A stretch of DNA of 64,000 nt from Synechococcus sp. (GCA_047285305.1 JBJBDL010000003.1:1312001-1376000); one strand, 5' to 3'. Counted from the stretch's first letter, positions 18,234-26,953 are shown. Notes: a model not told the origin generated them from the sequence alone. Translations and numbers: made by a program.

Positions 18234-18389
18234 ATGAAAGAGGTCAGCCTGCTCGAGATGATTGGCCGTTCTCTGGCAAAGGTTGCAGCAGGGGCTGGCG
18301 TTGCAGCAGTGCTGATTTGGCTCACCTACGTGATGCTTGATGTTGGTCATATGCAGTCGGGCTTCACCCTGCCCCAATCCAGTTACTGA
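18234..18389 (+). CDS. 51-aa membrane microprotein
   Basis: Manual translation MKEVSLLEMIGRSLAKVAAGAGVAAVLIWLTYVMLDVGHMQSGFTLPQSSY. Confidence 0.65.
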   Translation: MKEVSLLEMIGRSLAKVAAGAGVAAVLIWLTYVMLDVGHMQSGFTLPQSSY

Positions 18390-18395
18390 ACTCAG

Positions 18396-18581
18396 ATGCA
18401 GTGGAATGATCTTGAATCTCCGGTTCTGATCATTGCTTCGCTGTTGATTGTTCTGCAGGTTTGTTGGATTGGAGCTGTGCTTCGGCGCAACCAACGCAGG
18501 CGCTTGGGGGACCCCCTCAGCACCACAGCATTTCAACGTGAACTCCAGCGAATTTTCTCAAGAGCGAACGGACTGTCCTGA
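18396..18581 (+). CDS. small membrane protein
   Basis: TM segment plus basic tail; tightly spaced with neighbours. Confidence 0.62.
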   Translation: MQWNDLESPVLIIASLLIVLQVCWIGAVLRRNQRRRLGDPLSTTAFQRELQRIFSRANGLS

Positions 18582-18584
18582 GCC

Positions 18585-18881
18585 ATGAAGCAACTTCCAG
18601 GTCAACAGAGCAGAACCCTGCCGCGATGGCTGAAGACGGTCATGGCAGGTGCAATCACCGTGATGGCCACCATTTGGCTGGTGTCGTTGCTCCCCTTTCT
18701 GCTTCTCGCAGCCCTGGTGCTTTCAATCGCGCTCATCCCAATCACCCGTCGGCTGCGACGGGAGATGGAAGCGGCTGGATTCAGTGTTGATCAACCCAGG
18801 TCGAATGTTCAGCGCCCTGATCTCAACATCACCCCCTGGCACCGACAGATTCGCAATCTCTGGAGAGACTTCAGCTCTTGA
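18585..18881 (+). CDS. small membrane protein
   Basis: Long hydrophobic segment, C-terminal ITPWHRQ. Confidence 0.62.
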   Translation: MKQLPGQQSRTLPRWLKTVMAGAITVMATIWLVSLLPFLLLAALVLSIALIPITRRLRREMEAAGFSVDQPRSNVQRPDLNITPWHRQIRNLWRDFSS

Positions 18882-19527
18882 ACAGGTCGTTAGCCATTGA
18901 GCGATAACGACCAAGAGAACTGCCTGCGCGACGATACTTTGTGGGCACACTTTGTCCCGGCAACAGGTTCAACGGAGCGAAATTCACCAACGTCAGCTCT
19001 GGGCGCTGCTCCTGTTCGGCTGCCAGCAATTCGGCAATGGCTTCTGCTGTGGTTTGTGCGGGAGCTGCGCTCTCCGAAACAGCTTCGGTGGTCTCCACCG
19101 GCTCGGTCTTGAGAGATGTTTTGGCATTGGAGGTGCCGAGGGGCCACAGAAAAACCAGACTCAGCAAAAGAGCAACAGCGGCCGTGAGGGTGCCGGTGAG
19201 TCCAAAGGCCAAACCCTGAAAGTTCCACAGCAACCCGGAACCCGCCATGCCGAAGGTGCCGAGGATTGCCAGCATCAGGCCGAGGAAGGATGCCTGTGGT
19301 GCCTTGAATTTGAGCGGTTGGCTGGCATCAGGGACTTCAACGGGTGAAAGTCGTGGTTCTGGCCGAAGCAGAACAAAGCTGATTCCCAGCAGAACCAATG
19401 CCGTAACCGTGCTGCCAAGCCCCAGGGTGCGGCCCTGAAAATTCCAAAGCAAACCACCGCCGGCAAGACCTGAAACTCCGAGGGTTGCCAATGCAAGTCC
19501 GCTCAAGAAAGGAAGACGATTGCGCAT
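18871..19527 (-). CDS. membrane protein with internal duplication
   Basis: GxAGxGLLWNFQG..LGL..T.TA unit occurs twice. Confidence 0.72.
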   Translation of the reverse strand: MRNRLPFLSGLALATLGVSGLAGGGLLWNFQGRTLGLGSTVTALVLLGISFVLLRPEPRLSPVEVPDASQPLKFKAPQASFLGLMLAILGTFGMAGSGLLWNFQGLAFGLTGTLTAAVALLLSLVFLWPLGTSNAKTSLKTEPVETTEAVSESAAPAQTTAEAIAELLAAEQEQRPELTLVNFAPLNLLPGQSVPTKYRRAGSSLGRYRSMANDLFKS

Positions 19528-19530
19528 GGC

Positions 19531-19770
19531 TCAGTTGCTCCGGTTTTGCATGGCGGCGTAAGCAATGGCTCCGCCAGTGATCACAGTGAGTAGGCCTGTG
19601 GTGAGTAAGAAGCTCACCAACATGGCGAATCCAAGAACAGATCCCAGGAGGGACATCTTGATTCGCAGCAATTTCGACTTCATCAACAACACCAACAACA
19701 AGACCACGGTGGTCTTCAAGCCAGCAATTTTTGCCGCACAGATCGGGCAAAAAGGATTGATCAACACCAT
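19531..19770 (-). CDS. small membrane protein (start uncertain)
   Basis: Hydrophobic C-terminal half; ends 3 bp before the next gene. Confidence 0.55.
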   Translation of the reverse strand: MVLINPFCPICAAKIAGLKTTVVLLLVLLMKSKLLRIKMSLLGSVLGFAMLVSFLLTTGLLTVITGGAIAYAAMQNRSN

Positions 19771-19851
19771 TGGCTGGTCTTGGTCTTCTTAAGCATTTAT
19801 GAAGTCTGGCGAAAACCAGAGCGCACCGTGAAGAGAGCGACGGATGGGCAC

Positions 19852-19877
19852 AAAAAAACGGGCCCGAGGGCCCGTTT
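19852..19877 (-). terminator. intrinsic terminator of rpsU
   Basis: Minus strand aaacgggccc-tc-gggcccgttttttt. Confidence 0.85.
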
Positions 19878-19899
19878 GCAGCTGACGTGTCGTGCGAGC

Positions 19900-20076
19900 T
19901 CAGCGACGACGGTTGCGTGAACGCTGCTTCAGCTTGCGCTTGTATTTCTCAACGGGGGTCTCGTGGTGACGGATCCGACGCAGATCAGAAAAGATGCCGG
20001 CTTTGGCGACGGAGCGCTTGAAGCGACGCAACGCGGATTCAATACCTTCGTTTTCGCCGACTGTGACCTGACTCAT
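19900..20076 (-). CDS. rpsU: 30S ribosomal protein bS21
   Basis: [21 protein letters not shown]...RHHETPVEK. Confidence 0.96.
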
Positions 20077-20169
20077 CCGTTCCCCGAAAGAGAGCAATAA
20101 ACAACAACTTTACCAGCCGCCCTCTACCCCATCCCCCACCACCTGCCCGGGGTGGGATAGGTCTCTTGC

Positions 20170-20403
20170 ATGACGCTTGTTGAAGAGATCGTGGCGCGTC
20201 CCGGCTTCTGCTTTGGGATGGGTCCATCACTCCGGCAGGCCCCTGTCTTGACCCTCACGCACTGCCCCCTGTGCATTGGTCTGGCTGTTCTTTCGGCCGT
20301 TCGATTTATGGCCCACTGCGTGATGGCCGTTCAGCTCGAACGCAGCACGGCAGGGGAGTCAACCCATCCCGCCACGCTGCTGGGCACTCTGTTTGAGCTC
20401 TAA
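20170..20403 (+). CDS. small hypothetical protein (start uncertain)
   Basis: LTHCPLCIGLAVLSAVRF..H; CxxC plus hydrophobic segment. Confidence 0.5.
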   Translation: MTLVEEIVARPGFCFGMGPSLRQAPVLTLTHCPLCIGLAVLSAVRFMAHCVMAVQLERSTAGESTHPATLLGTLFEL

Positions 20404-20415
20404 AGCAGTTCCGCC

Positions 20416-20733
20416 TCAGGGATCGCTGGGATCAACCAGCTGCAGATAGGCCGTATCGGCGTTCTGCAGGGCTAGATCATCGTGATGAGCGTCAACGCTG
20501 TAGATGAGGTGAAGCAGGCGGCCGCGATCCATGCCACGGTCGGCCACGTCTTTCCAGAGGCGTGAGCTGAGCTCCGCATCACGCCATTTGAGCTGGGCAT
20601 CGACCAGTGCCCGCGTCATCGCGATGTAGCTCTGCCGGTCGTTGCGCAGCCGGTCTTCGGAGAAGCTGTGTTGAGTTGCCGGCTTGAGCAGATTGCGAAT
20701 CGTCTGTGAGGCCGCCTTCAGCACCTTTGGCAT
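20416..20733 (-). CDS. hypothetical protein
   Basis: 105-aa ORF with protein-like composition. Confidence 0.68.
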   Translation of the reverse strand: MPKVLKAASQTIRNLLKPATQHSFSEDRLRNDRQSYIAMTRALVDAQLKWRDAELSSRLWKDVADRGMDRGRLLHLIYSVDAHHDDLALQNADTAYLQLVDPSDP

Positions 20734-20904
20734 CGTCGTTGTCCGACTCAGTTCAGTCTGATTCGGTCGTCTGGGCTGACAACGGAGTGAAATGCCTATG
20801 CCTGGATCAGAAATGAGTATTTGAACTCACTTCAGCGGGACGGTAGTGCTGATGACTTTTTGTAAAGTCAAACTCGTTAGGTTCAATCAGCTGTTCTTAA
20901 GCCC

Positions 20905-21003
20905 GTGGAAATACTTGTAATGGCGGCCGTATTTGTGCCCTTTTCTGCCCTCGTTATGAATGCATTTTCCGGTGATTCGGAAGACGATTTCGATTTCCTC
21001 TGA
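20905..21003 (+). CDS. 32-aa microprotein (TM plus acidic tail)
   Basis: Manual translation (GTG start): MEILVMAAVFVPFSALVMNAFSGDSEDDFDFL. Confidence 0.45.
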   Translation: MEILVMAAVFVPFSALVMNAFSGDSEDDFDFL

Positions 21004-21126
21004 ATGGAAGCCAAGCTCCTGGCGATGATGGCCTTTGGTGCCGCTGTTATGACCCTTTGGGCTTGGTTGATGGCGAATTTGCCGCGGATGGGGTCTGACC
21101 GGAACAAGCCTGACAACCGCCGTTGA
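21004..21126 (+). CDS. 40-aa microprotein (TM plus basic tail)
   Basis: Manual translation MEAKLLAMMAFGAAVMTLWAWLMANLPRMGSDRNKPDNRR; overlaps the 3' end of 21047-21544. Confidence 0.4.
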   Translation: MEAKLLAMMAFGAAVMTLWAWLMANLPRMGSDRNKPDNRR

Positions 21127-21544
21127 TGCGGTAGGGCGCGAGGTGTCCACGCAGGCAAGTTGTGCCGCGGAAGAAGAGTTTTTGTCCCAGTTCTCGTGCG
21201 TGAGCATCGGTGAGCGGCAGGGAAAGCCAGCGATCAGGCACTTGACCCTTCAGCTGTGATCTTGCTTCCAGCGCTGCTTGGCGTCGTTGTTTTTCCTCCC
21301 GATCGTTTTTGCGATAAACCCCTTCAATTTGAAGTTCGCGGGAACAGGTTTCACAGGCATTCACGGTGGGCTTGCGGCGAGCCGTGTTCAGCGACAACTT
21401 GTCGCTGGGCACTTCCCGCTCGGCCCCGCAGCTGCAGCGGCACCACCAAAAAGCGTTTCCTGCTTTGGTTCGCCGTTCGGATGAGCGCACCACGGTGAGT
21501 TTGCCGTAAACCTCGCCAATGCGGTTGCGTGGACTGGAGGGCAT
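21047..21544 (-). CDS. Cys-rich protein with a phage HNH/AP2-associated N-terminal domain
   Basis: IGEVYGKLTVV...WWCRCSCG.E..V...L...CETC, plus C-terminal C..GH...CQAC. Confidence 0.72.
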   Translation of the reverse strand: MPSSPRNRIGEVYGKLTVVRSSERRTKAGNAFWWCRCSCGAEREVPSDKLSLNTARRKPTVNACETCSRELQIEGVYRKNDREEKQRRQAALEARSQLKGQVPDRWLSLPLTDAHARELGQKLFFRGTTCLRGHLAPYRINGGCQACSGQTPSAANSPSTKPKGS

Positions 21545-21547
21545 GGC

Positions 21548-22924
21548 TCAGGCCGATTTCTGATCAGGAGCGTTGTTCAAGTCAGCAAACTTGGCTGCCA
21601 TCGTTGGATTGCGTCGGGTCAACTTTTTAACGGTCACATCCTGTGCCTTGTCATTGGCAAGCCTCAGGTTTCGATCAGCACCCATCAGGGCATCCTTTGT
21701 TTTTTGGAGGTGATCGATCGACTTATCGATCTCATCGATTGCTGTTTGGAAGCGTCTGGAGGCGAGGTCGTAGTTGCGTGAGAAGGCTGTTTTGAAGGTT
21801 TCGAGGTCGTTCTCGAAATTGGTGACATCAATGTTCTGCGCCCTCACCAGAGCCAGTTCAGCCTTGTATTCCAGAGACTTCATGGCTGCATTGCGGAGCA
21901 ATGTGATGAACGGGATAAAGAATTGTGGGCGAATGATGTAGGCCTTCGGGAAGCGATGAGACACATCAACGATTCCTGAATTGTAAAGCTCATTTTCAGG
22001 CTCCAGCAGGGAGACGAGCACCGCATACTCGCAATTTTTTTCGTTCCTATCTTTATTTAGCTCCTTGAGGAAGTCTTCGTTTTTCTTTTTGGTGGCTGTT
22101 GTGTCAGCCTCGTTCTTCATCTCAAACATGATCGAGATGATTTCGTTGTTGTGTTCGTCCTGGTCGCGGAAGATGTAGTCACCCTTGCTTCCACTGCGCG
22201 CGTCGTTGTCTTTTTCGAAATAGGCCTTGGGGAAAGCCGCTGCACGAATCCTGTTGAATTCGGTTTCGCAGTGTTGCTCGAGGGTTTCTCCCACCATTTT
22301 GGTGGAAAGCCGCGCCTTCATGTCGCGTAAGCGTTCAATGGCTTTGTCCCGATCACTGAGCTGGGCTTCGTAGCGATCTTTCAGTGATTGAGATTCAAGT
22401 TGATGCTTCAGTTCCGCTTCCTTCAAGCCGCTTTGAAGTGCATCCCGTTGTTTTTCAACGGAACTGACCGCTTCATTCACGGCCAGCTGACGCTGCATGG
22501 CCCCAGCCTGGAGCTTCGCCTGCAAATCCCTCACTTCACTGTCTTTTTGCAGCGTCATCGCCTGCATTTCTTTGGCGAATTTGGTTTCAGCCAGGCGTAG
22601 TTCTGTGGCCTGCTGCTCACGAATCTGCTGGAGCTCAGCGGCAATGCGATCGCGCTGCTTCTCCGCTTTATTCACCGCATCTTTAATCGCCAGTTCCTGA
22701 TGCATTGCACTTTGCTTGAGTTGGGCCTCAAGCGTTTGCATTTCCCTGTCTTTTTTGGCAACGGCCAACTCGATGGCATTGCGTTTGTCCTGTTCGGCGA
22801 GGGCAAGTCGCTTGTTCAGTTGCTGCTCAAATTCACGATCCCTCACCTGTTTGAGGATGTCGGCATACCCGGCCTCATCCACCTTGAAGGCGGTATTGCA
22901 GTGTGGGCAAATGATGTCGTGCAT
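21548..22924 (-). CDS. DUF2130-like coiled-coil protein
   Basis: IICPHC, long coiled coil, [14 protein letters not shown]...SKGDYIF...[10 protein letters not shown]-richer than core genes. Confidence 0.85.
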   Translation of the reverse strand: MHDIICPHCNTAFKVDEAGYADILKQVRDREFEQQLNKRLALAEQDKRNAIELAVAKKDREMQTLEAQLKQSAMHQELAIKDAVNKAEKQRDRIAAELQQIREQQATELRLAETKFAKEMQAMTLQKDSEVRDLQAKLQAGAMQRQLAVNEAVSSVEKQRDALQSGLKEAELKHQLESQSLKDRYEAQLSDRDKAIERLRDMKARLSTKMVGETLEQHCETEFNRIRAAAFPKAYFEKDNDARSGSKGDYIFRDQDEHNNEIISIMFEMKNEADTTATKKKNEDFLKELNKDRNEKNCEYAVLVSLLEPENELYNSGIVDVSHRFPKAYIIRPQFFIPFITLLRNAAMKSLEYKAELALVRAQNIDVTNFENDLETFKTAFSRNYDLASRRFQTAIDEIDKSIDHLQKTKDALMGADRNLRLANDKAQDVTVKKLTRRNPTMAAKFADLNNAPDQKSA

Positions 22925-23011
22925 GTCTGACGATTTGTGTTGAACGTTCGCGCTACGTACTGGGATTTTATCCGGCTCTGGCTAATACGAGATCAGCCCA
23001 CGGTTCATGCC

Positions 23012-23152
23012 ATGCCCGATTGGATCGATCCTCGCTCGCTGCTCGACACGGTGATCATCGTGAGCATTGTGGCCTTGGCCGCCATCGGTTTCGTGGCTGG
23101 CATCAAGGAAATGATCACCGATCTGAGCAAACTTCGTCGCGCCAAGGTTTAA
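23012..23152 (+). CDS. 46-aa membrane microprotein
   Basis: MPDWIDPRSLLDTVIIVSIVALAAIGFVAGIKE... Confidence 0.55.
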   Translation: MPDWIDPRSLLDTVIIVSIVALAAIGFVAGIKEMITDLSKLRRAKV

Positions 23153-23159
23153 GCGAACT

Positions 23160-23561
23160 TCAGCTCTCCAGCCCCGCCCGCAACGCCGCCAATCGTGCGG
23201 CGTTCACACCAAGATCCGAGTCGCCGAGGCGTGACTCGGACCGTGCCTGGATCCGGTTGTTGTCGCGATCAGCGAACAGCTCCAGGTCATCCACAAAGCC
23301 AAAGAAAGCGCTGCTGGCCTCGGCATGCAGGTAGGTCTCGGTTTGATCAATCACAACCGTCCGCGGCGACTCCTGCACCAACCCATTCAGCTTGCTGAAG
23401 TCAGCCATCGGGTTGGAGCTCTCCCAGGTTTGGCTGGAGCAGTGAGCTGTTGTCGAGCAGTCGCGCAACACCCCGTTGCGCACGCCGAGATCCGCAGGGA
23501 CGGGGCCTGCAAGATGGAAGAGCATCAACACGGGGGCCAGTAGGCCGGCAAGGAAGGTCAC
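23160..23561 (-). CDS. DUF1499 family protein
   Basis: DLGVRNG.L..C....HC.S, YLHAE..S..FGFVDDLE, RSESRLGDSDLGVNAAR. Confidence 0.88.
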   Translation of the reverse strand: MTFLAGLLAPVLMLFHLAGPVPADLGVRNGVLRDCSTTAHCSSQTWESSNPMADFSKLNGLVQESPRTVVIDQTETYLHAEASSAFFGFVDDLELFADRDNNRIQARSESRLGDSDLGVNAARLAALRAGLES

Positions 23562-23683
23562 TGGTCTCTGCGGTGACGACCGCCCCAGTTCAGCATCCAA
23601 AGCCAGATGCCGAACAGGGTTCCAACCGGTAGCGCGATCACCACCAACTGGCTGATCACGAACTGGCGCACCTCAGGATCCAC
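23558..23683 (-). CDS. 41-aa membrane microprotein
   Basis: GTG start, MDPEVRQFVISQLVVIALPVGTLFGIWLWMLNW...; stop overlaps the DUF1499 start. Confidence 0.55.
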   Translation of the reverse strand: MDPEVRQFVISQLVVIALPVGTLFGIWLWMLNWGGRHRRDQ

Positions 23684-23758
23684 GGTTGCGCTGATGAGGG
23701 GACATGCAGGCAAGACTCGCGTCCCTTTCGCCATCATGGAGCGCATTGCTGGGCAACG

Positions 23759-23935
23759 ATGACGAATCCGGGTTGGATTGTGCTCGCATGGTTGGTGGTG
23801 GCGCTGGCGTCTGCCTTGAAGTTTTGGTCGATCACGCGCCCCTATCGCGACAAAACAGCTCTTTCCCGTGAGCAATCCGTTGACGAAGTCCGACAACGCT
23901 TGGAGCGTCGCTGGCGAAACGACAGCAAGGTATGA
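23759..23935 (+). CDS. 58-aa membrane microprotein
   Basis: Manual translation MTNPGWIVLAWLVVALASALKFW...VRQRLERRWRNDSKV. Confidence 0.6.
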   Translation: MTNPGWIVLAWLVVALASALKFWSITRPYRDKTALSREQSVDEVRQRLERRWRNDSKV

Positions 23936-23938
23936 GGC

Positions 23939-24097
23939 TTATTTCTCGGCGATCACCCAGGCTGTTGCAGCTCTCTGACGCACGTAGAGGTCTGCGAGCT
24001 CCCGTGCCAGAGCCTTCAACTGGTCGAGATCGTCCGTGTCGTCGATGGACCGCTTGATCGCTTCAGCTTCGAACTTCTGAGGCAAGCTGAGGTTCAT
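23939..24097 (-). CDS. NblA-like protein (52 aa; absent from the ORF track)
   Basis: MNLSLPQKFEAEAIKRSIDDTDDLDQLKALARELADLYVRQRAATAWVIAEK matches the NblA LSLEQxF helix-loop-helix pattern. Confidence 0.72.
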   Translation of the reverse strand: MNLSLPQKFEAEAIKRSIDDTDDLDQLKALARELADLYVRQRAATAWVIAEK

Positions 24098-24132
24098 GAC
24101 TCACGAGCATGTCAACCAATTGTAACGAAGCG

Positions 24133-24306
24133 TTATTTCTGGTGTGGGCTTGCTGCTGCCCGTGAGCGGGCAATCTCCTGTTGCCAAGCTAAAAGCAGAT
24201 CTTTGCTGATCTCCTGGAGCTGTTTAACGTCGGTCATTGAATTGATATCACGACTGCGCTGTTCGATGTCGAACTGTTGGCCAAGTGTGAGAGCGATGGG
24301 CTCCAT
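24133..24306 (-). CDS. NblA-like protein (57 aa)
   Basis: MEPIALTLGQQFDIEQRSRDINSMTDVKQLQEISKDLLLAWQQE... Confidence 0.72.
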   Translation of the reverse strand: MEPIALTLGQQFDIEQRSRDINSMTDVKQLQEISKDLLLAWQQEIARSRAAASPHQK

Positions 24307-24384
24307 GGTGAAGTCGGCAGATTTAACTAAAGGTATTGACTCGATCCTGTGTTGTCGTGACAACGGGCACGGTTCATTGCCGAT

Positions 24385-24696
24385 GTGTGCTGTCACGTAC
24401 TTGGTTTGGATGTAAGAACATTGATCCTCGTTCTTGCCATCGTGATGTTATGCAAACTACGGTCGCTAAATGTTGGTACCCAAAGCGATGCCGATCTGTA
24501 TTGCCTAGATTCTGTGGGTGACGCAGGTAGAGCTTTGGACGGTTCTGGACAAAATCTCGAGCGCCGTTTTCATCTGGAAATTTGGAGGGAAACGGTGTAC
24601 TGGATGCAAGCGCGATGCAAGGACTTGCAGGAGCTCGATCGTGAGCGCGATGCCGATTCGATCTACACGGAATTTCGCTTGAAAAGTATTGGTTGA
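24385..24696 (+). CDS. hypothetical protein with W-R-L-R-D-EF motif (start uncertain)
   Basis: C-terminal WMQARCKDLQELDRERDADSIYTEF. Confidence 0.55.
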   Translation: MCCHVLGLDVRTLILVLAIVMLCKLRSLNVGTQSDADLYCLDSVGDAGRALDGSGQNLERRFHLEIWRETVYWMQARCKDLQELDRERDADSIYTEFRLKSIG

Positions 24697-24703
24697 TTCG
24701 AAA

Positions 24704-24799
24704 TCAGTTCTGAGATTCAGCGACGGGCAGGGAAACTGCAACCAGAAGGGCAATTCCGATTTCCGTGGCAGCGATCAGCAGTTCAGTAACAATTCCCAT
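24704..24799 (-). CDS. 31-aa hydrophobic microprotein
   Basis: Manual translation MGIVTELLIAATEIGIALLVAVSLPVAESQN. Confidence 0.35.
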   Translation of the reverse strand: MGIVTELLIAATEIGIALLVAVSLPVAESQN

Positions 24800-24801
24800 G
24801 C

Positions 24802-24924
24802 TCAATTGCGGTTCTCGTCGATAGGTGGCATGTCACTAGGTCGCATCAGGGCAAACACCACTGCAGCCGTCAAAACAATGCCAATGCCCACCATGGCGAT
24901 GATTGCGGTTGTGTAATCACCCAT
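24802..24924 (-). CDS. 40-aa membrane microprotein
   Basis: Manual translation MGDYTTAIIAMVGIGIVLTAAVVFALMRPSDMPPIDENRN. Confidence 0.55.
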   Translation of the reverse strand: MGDYTTAIIAMVGIGIVLTAAVVFALMRPSDMPPIDENRN

Positions 24925-24953
24925 CAGGTGCGATCTGCTCCCATCACGTTACA

Positions 24954-26441
24954 CTAATGTAACGCTCTGTAAAGCATCTCTCGGCTGGCAGGAGTCGTTG
25001 CCGTCCTTTGATTCAGCAGCTCCTCTCCGCGGCGATGGATCTCGTGGGCATACTCGGTCCAGGTTCCTTGTCCCCAGTACCGAAAACAACTGGTTTCCAG
25101 TAACAGCACATGCAGCAACGCTTCCTGATAAGCCCGGGTAGCGGTGGTGGTGGGGTCTGCGGCGACTGAGGGGTCGAACAGCGCATGAAACTGAGCGCTG
25201 AGCTGATTCATCGGGCCGAGCACATTGGCGTAACCCTCAATCCAGTTCAGGTCGTTGGTCCAGGACGCACCCTCCATGCTGAAGCTGGTGTCGTTCGCCC
25301 GTAGTTTGCTGATGGTCTCTTCCATCCCTTCGGTTGAGGAGTTGTTGTCAAGTTCATGCCAAAGGCGATGTTGTTGCATGGCCTGGATGGTGGGGAAGTG
25401 GTGGTGATTCACTCCGTTGCGCTCTAGGGCCTCAAGGTATTCACTGCCGTTGATGGCCACGGTGCCGTTGGGGTTGTCACGGATGTGGCGATTGGCCTGC
25501 CGGAACGCCTCTGGGAATTCATTCATCATTACCCCACCGTTTTCTCCGTCGGCTATCTGGCTCACCAGGGATGGCAGCTCAACGTCACCAAGACGTTGCC
25601 GTTCGCAACCCAATGCCTCGTAATAAGGCTGCATCTGGCCCACAAGTTTGGTGTCAGACCCCTGGGTTTTAATCAGTGCCGTCATGCTGATCTCCTCGCC
25701 TCGACTATTCCTGGCGAGAAGTTGATTGGGAATGAAGCATTGACTGCGCAGGAGTGGACTGCCGTCCATGCGTTCAACGCTGTGCTCCTGCACCAGAAGC
25801 CACTGATACCCCGCTTGCTTCAAGGCTTTGATGAATTCAAACAGGGTGTCGGGATGGTTGGGTAGCGCCATCTCCGGTGGAGAAAACCCTTTGACTCGCT
25901 CTAGGGCAGCGCTGCCAAAACAGGCCGCGAACTGCTGTTGCCAGGCGCTGATTTGCAGTTCCAGGTCTGGGATGGGTGTGGATGGAGCCACGGCATGGCT
26001 CCAGAAGGTTCCAAGCCACTCCACATGCCCCTGCATCAAAGGATCACAGGCGAGGTAGTGGAGTGCATCGCCAATGTCGCCGCGCCCCATCTGCTCGATT
26101 CCCCAAAGCAGATTGCCCGAGTAGTCGAGCATGATTCTTGGGCTGCAGCCTTCGTTGATAAGTTCAGGCAGCAGGCCGGCAAGACGCCGATAGCAGTGGG
26201 CGAATGGCTCTGCGTTGTGGTTATCACCCTCGTTGGGGTGATCCAGCATGTACTGAAGATGGGAGATCAAGCTGTTGTTCGCCCCCGCCGGCACCGTTGG
26301 TTGGTGCATGTGAAGAGCACAGGCAAAGCCGGAACGCAGTTGTTGAAGGTCGATCGCGCTGTTGGCCCAGACGTTACGCGGAGTCAGCATCACAGCGGCG
26401 ATGTCCGCTTCGCGTCCGCTGATCGGTGGACAACCTGTCAT
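24954..26441 (-). CDS. glycoside hydrolase family 57-like protein
   Basis: ALHMHQP, GFSPPEM, DGENGG, ETSCFRYWG. Confidence 0.85.
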   Translation of the reverse strand: MTGCPPISGREADIAAVMLTPRNVWANSAIDLQQLRSGFACALHMHQPTVPAGANNSLISHLQYMLDHPNEGDNHNAEPFAHCYRRLAGLLPELINEGCSPRIMLDYSGNLLWGIEQMGRGDIGDALHYLACDPLMQGHVEWLGTFWSHAVAPSTPIPDLELQISAWQQQFAACFGSAALERVKGFSPPEMALPNHPDTLFEFIKALKQAGYQWLLVQEHSVERMDGSPLLRSQCFIPNQLLARNSRGEEISMTALIKTQGSDTKLVGQMQPYYEALGCERQRLGDVELPSLVSQIADGENGGVMMNEFPEAFRQANRHIRDNPNGTVAINGSEYLEALERNGVNHHHFPTIQAMQQHRLWHELDNNSSTEGMEETISKLRANDTSFSMEGASWTNDLNWIEGYANVLGPMNQLSAQFHALFDPSVAADPTTTATRAYQEALLHVLLLETSCFRYWGQGTWTEYAHEIHRRGEELLNQRTATTPASREMLYRALH

Positions 26442-26454
26442 TGCACTCCGCTTG

Positions 26455-26718
26455 TTATGACCAGCCGGCACGCGGTGTTTGGCGCAGCATGCCTTCCCAA
26501 TGATCACGCCAGGTGTGCTGATCGCCAAGGCCAGCCAGGAGTTCAACCTCAGCAGGGGCCTGATCCAACCGATACCTCCAACGGGTGATGTCTTCGGCTT
26601 GATCAAGCCAGGTGCTCATCACGTCGTGACGAATCGCCTCCCCATCCCAGTGGTGCTGGTCGGCCATGTTTTGCGACCAGTGAATCAATTCATCCAGGCT
26701 CAGTGGCCTGAATCCCAT
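26455..26718 (-). CDS. hypothetical protein
   Basis: Trp-rich 87-aa ORF just upstream of the GH57 gene. Confidence 0.6.
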   Translation of the reverse strand: MGFRPLSLDELIHWSQNMADQHHWDGEAIRHDVMSTWLDQAEDITRWRYRLDQAPAEVELLAGLGDQHTWRDHWEGMLRQTPRAGWS

Positions 26719-26902
26719 GATTGTGAGACCTGTGATCTGCTCGAGTTCAAAGCGACGCAGAATGTCTCCAAGGCCAAAGAAGTGAAGAAGGATCATTGAG
26801 CTGATCACTTTGTCTGAAATTTATGAGCCTTTCTCTGTTCGAATTGTTCAGGTTGATGGTCTTTGCTTTTGAAAATATTTCAATTTGATCGACAGCTAGG
26901 GC

Positions 26903-26929
26903 TTGGCACTCATGGCTTGAGAGTGCCAA
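26903..26929. promoter_or_regulatory. CIRCE-type operator (HrcA site)
   Basis: TTGGCACTC-ATGGCTTGA-GAGTGCCAA: perfect 9-bp inverted repeat with 9-nt spacer; consensus TTAGCACTC-N9-GAGTGCTAA. Confidence 0.8.
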
Positions 26930-26953
26930 TCTTGTGCCAGAATTCTTAAGCCG

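Noticed and set aside
24447..24460. NtcA box for the NblA-like pair
   Set aside because: GTT-N8-TAC has a mismatch, lies about 140 nt upstream and has no clear -10 at the right spacing
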